A DNA stretch of 64,000 nt from Eledone cirrhosa (Eukaryota). Positions 13,616-27,163 of the stretch are shown here, in pieces (the first letter of the stretch is position 1; each line of letters opens with the position of its first letter). The notes under the pieces were generated by a model, which saw only the letters and a program-made list of their open reading frames with translations, did not search any database and had not been told where the DNA came from. The DNA lies in NCBI GenBank assembly GCA_964016885.1, contig OZ024744.1, forward strand, positions 37,510,001 to 37,574,000. Direction: 5' to 3'. The translations under genes were made by a program, and so were the position numbers.

Positions 13616-15080
13616 TACTGCGGCAGAATATCGGCCTCGAGCTGAGGCGGTCTCGGGGGAAGAGGACGAGGTGAAATAGGAGGATAAGGATGTTAGGAAG
13701 AGAACAATGAAGGGGGCGAGGGTGATTGGGAGGAGAAAACTAGGATGATGAGGGGGGAGGCAGAGGATTGAGAATATGATTGTGAAAAGGAGATGATGGT
13801 TGTGCTGTTACTGATGTATGTGAGGTTGATGAATCAAAATGAAGGAGTACAGTGATATTCCTAAGATGATGATGATGGTGATAATTGTACTCTTTAAATA
13901 TCAGATCATAGTAGTTAAAATACTCACAGCGTATTACTGGTATTTATTTGTATCGACTATATTCTAATGAAAGTTTGCTTCTAGCATAACTTTTAAATAA
14001 AAAGTTTGAGCAGTGAAGGAAACATAAAACGTAAAGTCATTTAAATCAGAATATTAACGGTATTAGCCACAAGCAAAGGAATGTAATAAAAATATAAATC
14101 ACGCGTAAAAAGATTATGTAAAAGATATTTTTCGACATGTTTGAATCGATAACTAAGGCGAGTCAGTCATATTTGCTTTAATATGTAAATTTATGTTGAA
14201 TATGAATGTAACCTGATTTTTTTTAATGACGGCGGATTTTAAGGATTACTGACAGAATTTCAATGACTTCCTTTAGAAATGAGTTAAAGAAGAACACTTC
14301 TAGATAAAGATATTGGATAGAAAATTCTTCTGAATAATTAAATTACATTGCTTGTCTTGTATGAAAACCGCGTCTGAACTTATCGAGATTCATATATTTA
14401 TAGAAAACTATGAATTCGTAAATTCCAAAAAATTGTAAAATTGTAAAAGTTTCTCTATTCCGAATTTCTGGCGATAGCGAAACTTAGAATATCTTACGAG
14501 TGTTCCAAAGAGATGGAGCGAAAATATTTGAGTGAATAATATTATTACGACAAAGGTTCTTTTCGACTATCCCTATGGAATCACAGGGGTGCTGTAGTGG
14601 CATACAGCGTTTCTTGGGCATGTTAAAACCTAGCCGAGTCCACTTCTCTCTAGGTCTGAAAACAGCCGATTTCTCCCAGAAAGGATAGAGAGTGAGAAAA
14701 TTGAAGTGAGAAAGAGACGTAAATGAAGAATTGACACCACTACTAGACTGGTCCTTTTTTTATCGATACCGAAAGTATCGAGCTGGAACGAATACTGCAA
14801 ACTATTCTATGTGACGTACTAAGGACTTTGCCAAATCGCCGCATGTTACCTATATAAACGATTTTATATAGGTAAACAATAAGAACATCCGAGATATGAG
14901 GGGTTCGATGGTTCTGTCCACATTTACCCCATTCATGAATACCTGATGAAATTTTCTCAACTATTATTATTATGGTCATTTTCATTGGGATTCACACATT
15001 TCAAATTACAATTGTTTCCAATATTTCTTAAGTCAACAGTTTTGTTTACACATAGCTACGGGCTGAAAAAGAGAACATTT

Positions 15081-15156
15081 GTGACCTCGTTAGAACAGTA
15101 GTTAGCGTACTCACCGAATATCCAAAAATACTAGGTTCGATTCCTCGCGGTTACCA
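15081..15156 (+). pseudogene. Degenerate tRNA-like sequence (SINE head or tRNA pseudogene)
   Basis: A-box-like tagaacagtagttag, T-loop ggttcgattcc, partial acceptor pairing ending in CCA; anticodon arm not foldable. Confidence 0.4.
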
Positions 15157-15869
15157 CTGCCCGAGTTTTCCAGTCTCCACTCCAGAGGTATTTTGCCCGA
15201 TTTTCTCAACTTTTCATTATGAAAATTGTTGTATGTAAATATATTTAATCATTTTTGCTGATATTTTAGTTTAAAACTACGATATTATTCTATCATTCTG
15301 AGCGTGTTTACACCACATTCATGTCTGCTCCCAATAATTATTGATTTATATAAGGGATAGTCTCTGCTAAAATAGACTTGTTTATCACGTAGAATACCCA
15401 TACAAACACGTGAACACTTACTGACATGAGCGCACACCCACACATACATACACATACACACACACACATAATCTCACACACACACGCGCACACACATGCA
15501 CACCTGCATAACATACACACAAACATTCACTTATGCACACATACACGAACAAACACATGCATTTAGCAACGCCATCGAAATAAAATCTTAAGAAATAACA
15601 CAAACGTTTCACCCCTTTTGTGACAGAATTATTACCAAAAATAATCCGCCTTTGTGTTTTAATTATCAAAATATTCATCAATTATGAACGGTTTAGTGAA
15701 GTAATTAACTTTTAACTTAATAACAAAAAACAATTATTCAACTATTGAAAACAATATCAGTTGTCGTGTAATAATAAAATTCCAGTCTGAACTTTAAATT
15801 CAGATTTGAATACTTGAATAGATAGAAGTAGTTTTAGGCAGTTTGGTGTTAAACCTCTTCTTCTCTTTT

Positions 15870-16215
15870 TCTTCTTCGTTCACTTATTTCTGAGAGTGTC
15901 ATGGGGGGGAATTCCTCAAACGCCCCTTACAACAGGTTCTGTTAAAAGCAGCTGTCTCCAACTGATTCGGCTAAATCCCCAAGCAAGACCAGACAAGTTC
16001 ATTGATGTTATCCAACTATCTTGCTCGGGGTCTGTGATCTCGGAGAAATAGCGGAGAAATAGTGGCTCCACCTGGATTGACTCTCTGATCTCCGAGCTAC
16101 GCACTTTATCAAGTAACCTTAGTCCCAAACCCTTCGGAGGAACCCCATTTCAGCCGCTTGTATTCGTGATCGTATTCTTTCGGTCATTACACAGATTCAT
16201 GACCATAGGTGAGGG
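15870..16215 (-). mobile_element. RTE (Rex3/Expander-like) LINE 3' fragment
   Basis: LTYGHES...RIRSRIQAAEMGFLRRV.GLRLLDKVRSSEIRESIQVEPL; same family as 56985-57460. Confidence 0.8.
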
Positions 16216-16289
16216 TTTGGTGTTTAACAATTTAATAAATAGAGAAGATATTTTCATAGCCTTTTACAAAGGTGTGTGCATTTATATAA

Positions 16290-16440
16290 TTGACAAAGTC
16301 GTTAGAACGACCGATAGAATGCTTTGCGGTATTCCTTTGGGGTTTCTACTCTCTGAGTTTTAATCACGCAGAGGTCAACTTTGCATTTCATTCATTGGAG
16401 GTGGATAGAATATCTACCTGTCAAATATTGAGTGTCATTT
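16290..16440 (+). mobile_element. Old SINE copy
   Basis: gaatgctttgcggtatt...ctctgagttttaatcacgcagaggtcaactttgcatttcat. Confidence 0.6.
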
Positions 16441-16599
16441 CTTCCTCTGTGTCTCTCACTTCTATTCTTTCTCTCTCTCTCTATCCAGCACTGAAAGAAA
16501 TTTGCTGTATTCAAACTTGGAGAGAAGGTTTAAAATGTCCGAGATGTCCGTATGTTTATACAGCTCCCCCTACGATTCCCTCAGACGTTATATGACTAG

Positions 16600-16875
16600 G
16601 ATGATGAAGAATACAATTATATCTTGTTATTAGTTTCCGTATAGCTTTGTCATGTCATCATAGACCAAAATTGGATTACCTATATCCTTGTGGGACGAAT
16701 ACAAGGGAAAAGGGCCAGGGGAAGACAGAAAAAGAGATGGACAAATGACATTAAGTAATTAACAGGAAGGAGTTTGGTGAAATGTACAACTATGGCAGCC
16801 AAAGATAGAGAGTGCTTGTACATACGGCCACGGCCCTCGACCCTCAGATATGAGAATGGGATGAGGCTAGGCTAG
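16600..16875 (+). mobile_element. RTE LINE 3' end fragment
   Basis: Translates to ...ILVGRIQGKRARGRQKKRWTNDIK*LTG...AAKDRE. Confidence 0.65.
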
Positions 16876-17239
16876 TTTTAATGGGAGTTGGTTAATTTAG
16901 ATTATAATCTGATTTAGATAATAATCTAATTGTTTACAAGTTTTCAGTAAGCCAAGCACAGGGCCATTGTATCACTGCATTTCTGAGGGTGTGAACGACA
17001 ATACAGTAATTGTGACTCGATGTAGAACAAATATTTCACTGGAATTCATTCGTGAAACAACGGTTTTCGGGTCTCTTTAACCCTTTAAGAATGTTTGTAA
17101 CATGCATTTCTTTTAGTAGCTTACAACAGCTATTTTTATCTCTAGCAAGATTTATTGATCTCCTACCCTATAGAACTTGCGACTTTGTGTAAAATGTCGA
17201 CCATACTTAAATATGGAATGATACGCGATGCCCCCCCCC

Positions 17240-17410
17240 ATACACACACACAGCCCCGGCGGACAGAATGAAGAAGGCGTTTCCCCGAAGTACGTCCAGG
17301 GAGACGCGCTGGAAAAGCCACTCCAACTCCTGGGGCTTACATCTGCGGCTGGCCAGCTCAACGCCTATGGTGTTTATAACTGCCGTTGGCACACATCGAC
17401 GAAAACACGT
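17240..17410 (-). mobile_element. CRE-clade LINE 3' fragment
   Basis: ELEWLFQRVSLDVLRGNAFFILSAG. Confidence 0.7.
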
Positions 17411-20400
17411 ATGTACCCTATCCGTAAATGTCAATCTAAATATATTGCTAAAGTCTGAAATTTAATTCTAGATACTCGTTCTTATTATAACACTTTACAG
17501 AGAGGGATATAATTTATTTAGAGCTTCAAATAACCTTGACTTGTGTATGTGTGCAGTTGTGTGGCTAAGGAGGTATGTGGTTATGGTAAGGCTGTGTGTG
17601 AGGTGAGGTCACAGCGTATTTTATCTGTATGCATGTTTGTGTATATATATAAATATATTAATATACATATAAATATATATATATATACATATACATATAT
17701 ATATATGTATGTATGTATATATATATATATATATATATATTCCCAGAACCCATAGACACAACTATAACCCTACTAACAAAATCCGAATGTCCCCCAACAC
17801 AAGACAGGACCCGATCCGCAGATCACAACCCACACAAAACCTATTCCAAAACCATAGACCCCAACCCACACCGAACCTGTTCCAAAATCGTAGATCCCAA
17901 CCCACACAAAGGAACAACATCGACAACCCGGACTATCAATAAACCGAACCTCAATACGTCCGAAACTTTTATACAAGGCCACACGACAACAGGGGAAATG
18001 CCATTAGAGGTAATAATACCCATGAAAAAACAATTCAAAAAAATCATTTTTTAGACCAAGGCTACAGGACCCACGACACCCGGTGGCACAAACCGATTTT
18101 GAAAAACCGAAAATAATCAACCTTTCAAATAAAAACTTCTCAGTTCAACAAATTAAAATTCTCTCCAAAGGACTGAAATTCACACCAACACCACAATACT
18201 CTAACCTCAATGAGAAAAAGGACGATATCTCACACTTCTGTAGAAAATTACGTCTCACAGAGGAATTTTTTGACAAGGAGAATAACCACCAAACAATTGT
18301 ACGGAATAAAAGCAGCTACAACCCAACAAAAGGAGAAACAGAGTTTTGGACAATTTTGTGACCACATAGCTACCTTCCCATACCATGAACTACCGCGACC
18401 TAAACCCAAACCCAACACGAGTCGAAGGGAATGGGAGATTATCTATGAACTAAAAAACAATACGGACATTATAATTAAGGAAGCGGACAAGGGAAGTACT
18501 GTTGTCATTATGGATGCTGAACAATATAAACATTCTATGTTCTCTCTCTTACAAAATACTAACTACTATGGAAGAGTAAAAAACTACCAGCAATTAAAAA
18601 GGATGACCAGATTAAACACGTTCATTTGTCGATACCAGAAAGACAACTAAAAAGGAACGCGATTATTTAACACATTCTGAATACAAAACCAGCAAACTTT
18701 ACGGACTTCCGAAGATCCACAAGTGTAAAATAATTAACGATACCTATACTTGGAAGACCAGATATATGAACAGTCAAAATCAAAATACGGATTGAACTTT
18801 CACAAATATTTATCAGAGAATTGGAAACGCTACTTGGTTGATTGTCTCATTCTTTGGTCTCACACAATCGACCAACTAAATGATTTCAAAAATGTAATTA
18901 ACCTAGCATGAATAATTTGCACAATTGTCTCCAATTATTAAACGCGAAATAAAAGACTTCAAGAATTAAAGGAAATTCTACTCGAAAGACAGTACCCACC
19001 ATAACTAATAAATGGAATAGAAAGGGCTAAAGCAATAGGCATTGATGAATTACAAATACAGAAACAAATTCAATGTACGTCCAATATTCTATCATATCTC
19101 TCAACACACAACGCAAGAAATGCAGAAGCTTACAAAACTATTCACAAGAACATCCCATTATTGAAACAAGACCCAAGAATGAAAAAAAGCCCTTGAATCA
19201 CACAAAATAATCAAAAGCAAAAGACAACCGAAATCACTAAAAACATTACTCACCAATGCCAAATTACCAGCCACAAACCCACAACCAACTGTCAAAAAAT
19301 GTGGTCGCTCTAATTGTGGAACCTGCACTCACCTCATTGACGGCAACACGTATACATTTCAATCAGTACAAAATTCTGCTGTAAACATTCACTTTCCTTG
19401 CTCAACAAAAAATCTGCTTTATGCCATTAAATGTAAAGGATGCAATGAAGATTATATAGGACAAACTAAACTCACACTCAGAAACAGAATGACAGTTCAT
19501 CGCCAAGAATTACGAGATCCAACCACGAGACACTAAGTGCACATCTAGACATATGCGCAAGTAAAAAGACACCCAGATTCCAAGTCTTCCTATTTTATCT
19601 TTGCGCTGACAATACAACAGAACAAATACGAATAAATAAGGAAAATATGTTTATTCAAAAATATAAACCAGCATTAAATATAGTTTAATATATATTATGT
19701 CAACATCATAACATGCTAACCACCCAAACAGACACATACACACACACATAACACCTTCTACTTTAGAAAATAAAAACCCGAACTAAATAAATCTTAACAT
19801 ACGTTAATACTCTAACACCTTAACATGCTAACCACACACCCCACACACACATAACTCCCTCCCTTATTTCTACTAACGGAATCATTTTCCTACACACACA
19901 CAAAAAAATATATATTCTTTCCATCTTAACATACTAACCATACTCCCACATACACATACACACACACATAACACCCATACACACACACACATAACACCGA
20001 CACACACACAACTCCCTCCCCCATTTCTACTAATAGAATCATTTTCCTACACACACACACACAAAATATATATATTCTCTCCCTCTTAACATGCTAACCA
20101 TACTCCCACACACACATACACACACACACAAAATATATATATTCTCTCCATCTTAACATTCTAACCATACTCCCACACACACATAGACACACAACACCCA
20201 TACACACACACAACTCCCTCCCCCATTTCTACTAATAGAATCATCTTCCTACACACACACAAGCACACAAATAAACATACGTATCTCTACTTTATTCTGA
20301 CACCCCAGCACACCAGCCATATTCACTGAACCAGAACAATTCTCCCCGCCCCATTTCTCTTGACCATTATCTTTTCTTTGACACAACATTCTCTAAAAAG

Positions 20401-20424
20401 CTCCAAAATAAATTCCCAAATACG

Positions 20425-20762
20425 GGCGCGAAATTTAATGTACTTGTTCACGTGAGAGTCATAATTTCATTTATAACCAATAAAATTACATATAAAAAAA
20501 AGCCTTCGTGAGCCACTTTCTTTTAAATAAAAAGTAAAAAGAAATTCAAACACAAACTGGCGCGAAAGCTGATGTGCTTATTCACGTGACTGCATCAACC
20601 AACCAAACTTCACTAATATATGAAAAAACAAATTCAGCCCCCCCCCCCTGTTTAAAGAACTTTGTAACGCTAACTGGCGCGAAATTTATTATACTTATTC
20701 ACCAACCAATCAAAATACTTCTCTAAAAACCTGACATTTCGAGCCACTTTTTCCATATAAAA
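20425..20762 (+). promoter_or_regulatory. Putative pLTR promoter: 3x E2F site, 2x E-box, CCAAT boxes, TATA
   Basis: GGCGCGAAA at 20425, 20559, 20676; CACGTG at 20449, 20583; CCAAT at 20477, 20706; TATAAAA at 20756; function inferred. Confidence 0.5.
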
Positions 20763-20825
20763 CAGAAGTAACATTCAAAGACCAACCATATGTGAGAAAA
20801 ACCACAAACCCTCCATCTCAATTCT

Positions 20826-20863
20826 ACTTTTGAAAAGCAGAAGAACTGCGAAACCAGTAAAGG
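20826..20863 (+). ncRNA. Minimal hammerhead, U3-A8 variant
   Basis: ctt TTGAAAA GCAG-aagaa-CTGC GAAA CCAG TA aag; same family as 45009-45043. Confidence 0.65.
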
Positions 20864-20929
20864 AACCAAATAAATATATATTTAAAAAAAAAGACTCCAG
20901 TTGCCAGTTGCATTTTCAATTTCATCTGT

Positions 20930-20993
<64 letters not shown>

Positions 20994-21469
20994 GGATGTG
21001 TATCAAATGTATGCCTTCACATATATCGAAAATGTTTAACATTTTCTGGTTTTTCACACTCAAACTCCACCAAATCATGGGGAGATAATCACAATCGGTG
21101 AGAAGCTAAATTACCTTTCCTATAACGAAACTTACTTTTTGGATTTTTAACTTGCAGCAATAATTTCCGGTTATTTAGACGAGGTACACGCAGAATGCTT
21201 TTGCTGATAACATTCAATATATAGGTTCTATGCAATAGACATTTTGTATGGCTTCGTTACATTAAAATTTCGCACACGAACAGTGGGTGTCTTCGCTTAC
21301 ATATTTTTCCTTTGACACTACACACACACACACAAACACACACATTCACACACATACACACATACACACACACACACACACACACATACACTCAAACACA
21401 TACACACACATACATACGCAGGCACAAAGCATATGCATACACAAACCGACAGAAAGGTATACATACACG

Positions 21470-21569
<100 letters not shown>

Positions 21570-23459
21570 GTGTATTGTGAGTATGCGTGCGTGCATATAT
21601 GTATGTATTTATGTGTATAGTAAAAAAAACCAAATCGTCACAAAATTAAGGAATTTTGTAGGGATTACTAAAGATTTGAAGATGTATCTAATGCTTTTCT
21701 ATATATCCATGCACGTTTTCAATACACAACGGACAGAAATCAGTCCATACAACATATATTATTGATTTTTTTTTAAATATATATGTGGGTTTTCAGAAAT
21801 AGCCATGATTGTCTAAATGGCTTTTGCACTATCTGGTTTCACTCGGAGTAGCTTTTCAAAGTTCCATTTTGAAGAGTGTTGGATATATTTTTCCTTCACA
21901 TGTTGATGTTGCTATATACCGCTTAGAATAATGTCCTCTAAGAGTTTTTTTTTTTTTTTTTTTGCCTTAGGCTTTTCTTTTCACAATCAAGGGACGCAAT
22001 TAATTGCAATTCTTCATTAATTAATTGAAACAGAATAAATTTCATTAGAAATACAGTCACTAAAATGTGAGAGATCTAAAAACCTAATAGGGGTCAGGGA
22101 CAGCCAAATTATTAGGTAACCAATCAGGAATCGGAAAGGTCAGGGGCTTAAATCTGCTCATAGATATTGCATGTTGCCTCTGTCGTACCCACCTAGACAT
22201 AAATAGGTGGAATGAACTAGATCTCCGTCTGTTTCGACAATGAATGTTCCAGTTGTTCGATCAATGGAACAGCCTACCCATGAGATTGAGGTATAAGTGC
22301 ATTCCACAGACACGTGTACGCTTCATGAAACTCAGTAGAAGCTTCAGCGTGACACATATCTCGTATGTCACAAAGGTAACCCTGTTAATTACAGGTACTA
22401 ACCATCCGATGAGCTTCCATAATTTCCGTCCGCTCATATTCACTCGTGAGTATATGGAAAATGATATTTGCCAAAGGTGTAATGCAGTGGGAGCGAATAC
22501 AGAACCTTATGATTGAGAAATAAATGCCATAGTATTCGGCAACGATAAAAGTATTATAACAGAAAAGACGTACATTTAACTGGATTGCACTCAGGAACTG
22601 GATTCTTTGGGTGAGAAAACCTACAAATTAAAATACCTTCAATCTGATCTCTTTTAGTTGAATCAGTTTTCATCTATTTATGCAATGGAAATTAAAGGTA
22701 AGTAGCACCCTGCCAGTCTTTGTAATTTGGTGAAAGGCTTAACTCCTTTTTAATAACTAAGTATGTATGTAAATCCGGAACCCATTAAACCAGCTTCCTA
22801 ACGTCATTTTGGGAACGATATGATGTTAAAATGAAAACTTTTTGAATAAGAGTGATCTAGACTATATACCTTTTACCTCCATAGCATATATACTTTTTTA
22901 TGTGCAACACTGATAGACTTAAATCTTAATATTTTTGATTGTCGATTTCGCATTTGTTTTTTGTCTAATCTCTATTGTTATTCATTGAATTACTAAAAGA
23001 AATAAAGCACTACATAAAGTTAAATTGTTTTGGTTACTCTTTTCGACACCTATAACATCTATTGATTAGAATAGAAATAGAAGATTATAAATATTATTTG
23101 TCATAGTGCTGAAAACAAATAACCATTTTGACACATGGAAAATTTTGCAAAGAGAATAAAAATTATTTTGTTTTGCTTTCTAATAATCGATGAAATCGAA
23201 GTTCTTTGTTCACACTTTGTAACACGATTCGTTTTTGTTTGTTCGCTCTCCACAATACCACCTGCGTTTGAGAAAATCGTAAAAGGAAAAAATAAACATT
23301 AAACAAATCAACAAAGAGCGCTTCATGCTATAACATGTGTATTAAACATTTTAAATTGTTGATAAAAACAATCTATACCATCATAATCTCAATGGTACGG
23401 ATTCAGATAGTGTAAAAGTACCCTCTCTAGCATACAGAATTCCAAACACAAGCTGGCTT

Positions 23460-23960
23460 GTGGTACCCGTGGAAGGAATGGAGAAAGCGTTACTTAGAGA
23501 GAAAGACGCGTTGAAATAGCCATTCCAACTTGAGGGTTTCATGCCCGCGAGTGGTACAATGATGTGGTACAATGATGAAGAACATCGGAAGTTTGCACCG
23601 CTACAATTTCAAGGACAAGCCAATCTGAAAGCAACCGATTTTGTCAACATTTTGCTATTTGCAACTTGTCGTGCAACGAAACCTGGCTCTGTCGTTGAAT
23701 TCACCACTGGAGGTTGCCGCTGAAGAAGGTATCACTTGCTATTCGAAGCCAAAATAAAGGACTTGCCATACCACTATGGAACGGCAAGACTTTTCTGCCA
23801 TCTGGTTTATTGTTGTCCTCTTGGTACAATTCCACAGGATTGAGCAGCGAAGGGAAGCCGGTGGCGTTCAAGCCGTGCTTAAACAAATTATTTGTTAAAG
23901 TATCAGTCATCTTCCAAAAATATTTCATGTTTGTGATAACGTTAACATGATGTTTACAGT
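23460..23960 (-). mobile_element. CRE-clade LINE RLE-domain fragment
   Basis: KHGLNATGFPSLLNPVELYQEDNNKPDG..VLPFHSG (CRE EP..L...DGKRPDG motif) and downstream LEWLFQRV. Confidence 0.65.
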
Positions 23961-24264
23961 AGTGATGTGTTAATTCGAAACTTTCTGTTGACATATATCC
24001 GTTTAATGTCTTATCTGTTGCATTATTATGGATTCTGTTCTTCTGAAATGGTTAATTCTATTCACATTTATTTATATCAAGTTGAAACATCTCTGTCTTA
24101 TTCATCATTCCCTTAAATTGCAACTACTTCCAGTGCCGGATTAACAGAGAAAATGTGTTTCAGTCTTGAGAAGAAGAAAAGTAAAAATATATAACTAAAA
24201 TTGTTGTCACAAATATTGTCATTAATGAGAAATAGCATTTAATCATTTCGTTTGGCATTCTCAT

Positions 24265-24525
24265 TGTCATTGTCATCAATGTTATCAACGTCGTCATCGT
24301 ATCTTCGTCGTCGTCGTTTTCTTCTTCCTCCCCTTCCATCTCCTCCTCCTCAACCACTTCGTCGTCGTCGTCATCGTCGCTAACATCATCATTATCATTT
24401 TGCTCATCACCTTTATCCTTCTCCCCTTCCTCCTCCTCCTCATCATCATCATTAACATCTTCAACCTCATCATTGCCATCATCATTTCACCACCATTGTC
24501 GTTGTCGTCATTATCATCATCCCCA
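24265..24525. repeat. Degenerate (TCA/TCG/TCC)n low-complexity tract
   Basis: Directly visible. Confidence 0.85.
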
Positions 24526-24542
24526 TTTTTATCGTTGTATCA

Positions 24543-24735
24543 AGGGCGGGGTTATTGGCAGTACCGGTAGATGGTCGGACGCCATGCTTTGCAGCATAGA
24601 GTTACGGCCCTCTACGGACTGAGTTCAAATCCCGCCGAAGTTAACTTTGCCTTTCATCCTTACGGGGTCGATAAAATAAAGTACCAGTAATGTACTGAGT
24701 AATTGATGGCCTTGTGCCTAAAGTGGAAACAATTA
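24543..24735 (+). mobile_element. tRNA-derived SINE
   Basis: Full family consensus; TSD ttatcgttgtatca at 24529-24542/24736-24749. Confidence 0.92.
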
Positions 24736-26732
24736 TTATCGTTGTATCATCATCGTCGCCGACGTTGTCATCGTGAACATCATCTCCAGGGTGGGGGAGA
24801 TTTTGTATTTAATGTAAAGTACTAAAATTAAACAAACTACCACATTATGCAGTTTAATTTTCTCTCACATCAACAAGTTACTGCTAACTGATAAGAAAAT
24901 AATCCCTGTCAATTAGAAATTCATTAAAAGGCTGCTCTTATTGCTAGAAATAGCAGCCAAATTTCCTTAGAAGTTGGAAAAGATCCAATCGTGAGACTGG
25001 GCGGAGGAAAATATGTTTCCGTTAGTGTTTTTCCTTGTTGATACTATCTGCCAATCACAACACTTGCCAGAAAAGTGTCCGCGTTTTCACTGAGATGAGG
25101 CTTAATTTGAACTCCTTACCACACCTCCTTCGTTATATATATATAATGTTGATTAATCGACAGTTGATGTTCCGTTTACACCCTTTAAATCAAGAAAGGG
25201 TATAGGATCAAGCACTGAACGTCGCATGCATTTCTCCAATTGTGATGTGGGACAACCTCGGTATTTATGACGGTGTATATGTACGATAATAATAAAAACG
25301 AAAGATAGATTTCTGCAATTTTCTGCTGTAATACGCAATGATATCATTACGCAATTGTTGACATGATTTCGTTAGACAGCAACTTAGCCAATATATACAA
25401 CCTAATGACCTGGAGACGGTCATTCACAAGCTATCTCCATAAAATATATTTTACCTAAGATGTTGCTGAAGAACTCAATAAAAGCACAATGATATAATTA
25501 TATAATAAAGACTTACACTCCAGAAATGCGTATTACTGAAAATTTTACTATAAAGAAAATTATGGAAATTAACCTTCTTATTCATTATATGTGTGCGTGT
25601 ATGTGTTTGTGTGAGATTGGTTGTGTGTATGTGTGTGTGATTGTGTGAGTGTGACTGAGTGAGTGTGAGTGTATGTGTGACTGAGTGAATGTATGTGTGT
25701 GTACGTATATGTGTGTGTCTGTGTGTATGTGCATGGCAAAATACAGTCAATTGTTCAGAATATACTTCCAAATTTAGAAACACTCAAGTAGCTTCTCGTA
25801 ACGATTTTTCAGTCATGAAGGGACAAATAATTAACAGTTTAGTGTTGGTAAAATAATCGGAAATTGATAAGAAATTAAGTGTCCTACAGACAGTGCCTGG
25901 TATTGATTATGAAAAGTCTGTTCCTGGGTACCGAATCGTAAAAGTTGGGAGAAGCAAGCAATAACGGAAGTTTTCCCACAAATATTTCAGCATGAAAGAC
26001 AGCTGCGGTTTTTAAAAATGATATCGAAAGTTAAGAGTTAAATTTCTCTTTGCTGGGAAAAAGCGGTGAATAAAAGTGCAGAGAAGATGACGGATGCCAA
26101 TTGTAGTTGTTTCCTAAAATAAACTAAAGATGAACGAACAGAGTAGATAAGATAAGATAAGATAATTATAGAACAGAGTAAAAGGAATATTATAGCCATC
26201 AATCTTACCAAGTTTAAGTAATATAGATTACTCACTTGGGAATCACATTTTGAAATTATCTGACAAACGAAGTAAGGAATGAAATAACATTTGTCATCGA
26301 AATAATTATATAAATTCTCTACTGATCAGATCGTATTTGTAAACCAAATTTACTTCAAAATATAGATTATTGCTGTGTAATAAAAAAGCAGATATTTTCA
26401 TTTTAGTAGGATGGTTTATTGACCCGATGCTAACATTTTCGTTAATGTATACACAATCAAAATCGATGGATGTGCACAGAGCTTCAAATAGAATTCGCTA
26501 GATTTATTTCGGAAAAATATCAATACGTAGTTGAGTCAATGCGCATGCGTGACATGATGATATGCTACGGAAAATGTGGATGTGGTACAAGTATGTATGT
26601 ATATAACGATAAAGTATTGCAACGTAACAGATACTTTATTGAGTTTGAATTATGTTTTTATGCATTCAGTCAGAGATAAAGTCACACGCGTACACACACA
26701 AACACAAAACATACACAACCATACACTCCCTC

Positions 26733-26801
<69 letters not shown>

Positions 26802-26879
26802 AACATAAATATATACATACACATACACATATATATATATATACAAACATAAATATATGCATATACACAAATATATATA

Positions 26880-26972
26880 TAAATTTTTGCTCTACGATTC
26901 TTATATATTTGATATATATTTATCCTCATCGAGCACTCTTTGGATTTTAGTCTTCAAATTTATTATTATTAC

Positions 26973-26973
<1 letters not shown>
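26880..26973 (+). mobile_element. Isolated PLE 3' tail fragment in (TA)n
   Basis: Reverse complement of 841-930; contains tttgctc...GAGCACTC. Confidence 0.7.
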
Positions 26974-27007
<34 letters not shown>

Positions 27008-27091
27008 ATATATATATGTGTATATATATGTATATATATATATGTATGTATATATATATAATTTAATGTATAAAATCAATACAATATTATT

Positions 27092-27163
27092 ACCTCATTA
27101 CCAGAGGTTTCCCGAATGAGGCGAATACGAAATAAACGACTTCATTCGTTCGTCAGACGAGGC
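27092..27163 (-). ncRNA. Type I hammerhead ribozyme in 3' pLTR
   Basis: gcctcgt CTGACGA a-CGAATGA...TCATTCG-g GAAA CC-tct-GG TA atgaggt; 7-bp stem I, GUA site. Confidence 0.85.

Larger units (their letters stand above)
17740..20935 (+). mobile_element. Decayed Neptune-type Penelope-like element with internal deletions and 3' pLTR
   Basis: IINLS...LSKGLKFTPTP, IIIKEADKGSTVVIMD, LYGLPKIHK, WKRYLVDC, Cys linker CGRSNCGTC, GIY-YIG LLYAIKCKGCNEDYIGQT..LRNRMTVH; ORF ends near 19687; pLTR has tandem subrepeats and HHR; (TA)n flanks. Confidence 0.88.

Noticed and set aside
15081-15156. Functional tRNA gene
   Set aside because: Anticodon and acceptor stems do not fold properly; kept only as a low-confidence pseudogene or SINE head
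19700-20280. Regularly recurring repeats suggestive of a CRISPR-like array
   Set aside because: Degenerate tandem subrepeats of a eukaryotic pLTR without unique spacers; no cas genes
22080-22700. Unique-looking sequence with 60-90 aa ORFs
   Set aside because: No recognisable domain or splice structure; may be very old LINE debris
26236-26259. Possible 24-nt minus-strand microexon (tttgtcag|ATAATTTCAAAATGTGATTCCCAA|gtgagt) and an NRF1-like TGCGCATGCG near 26540
   Set aside because: Splice-like words are expected by chance in 64 kb; no partner exons or homology visible; would need RNA-seq
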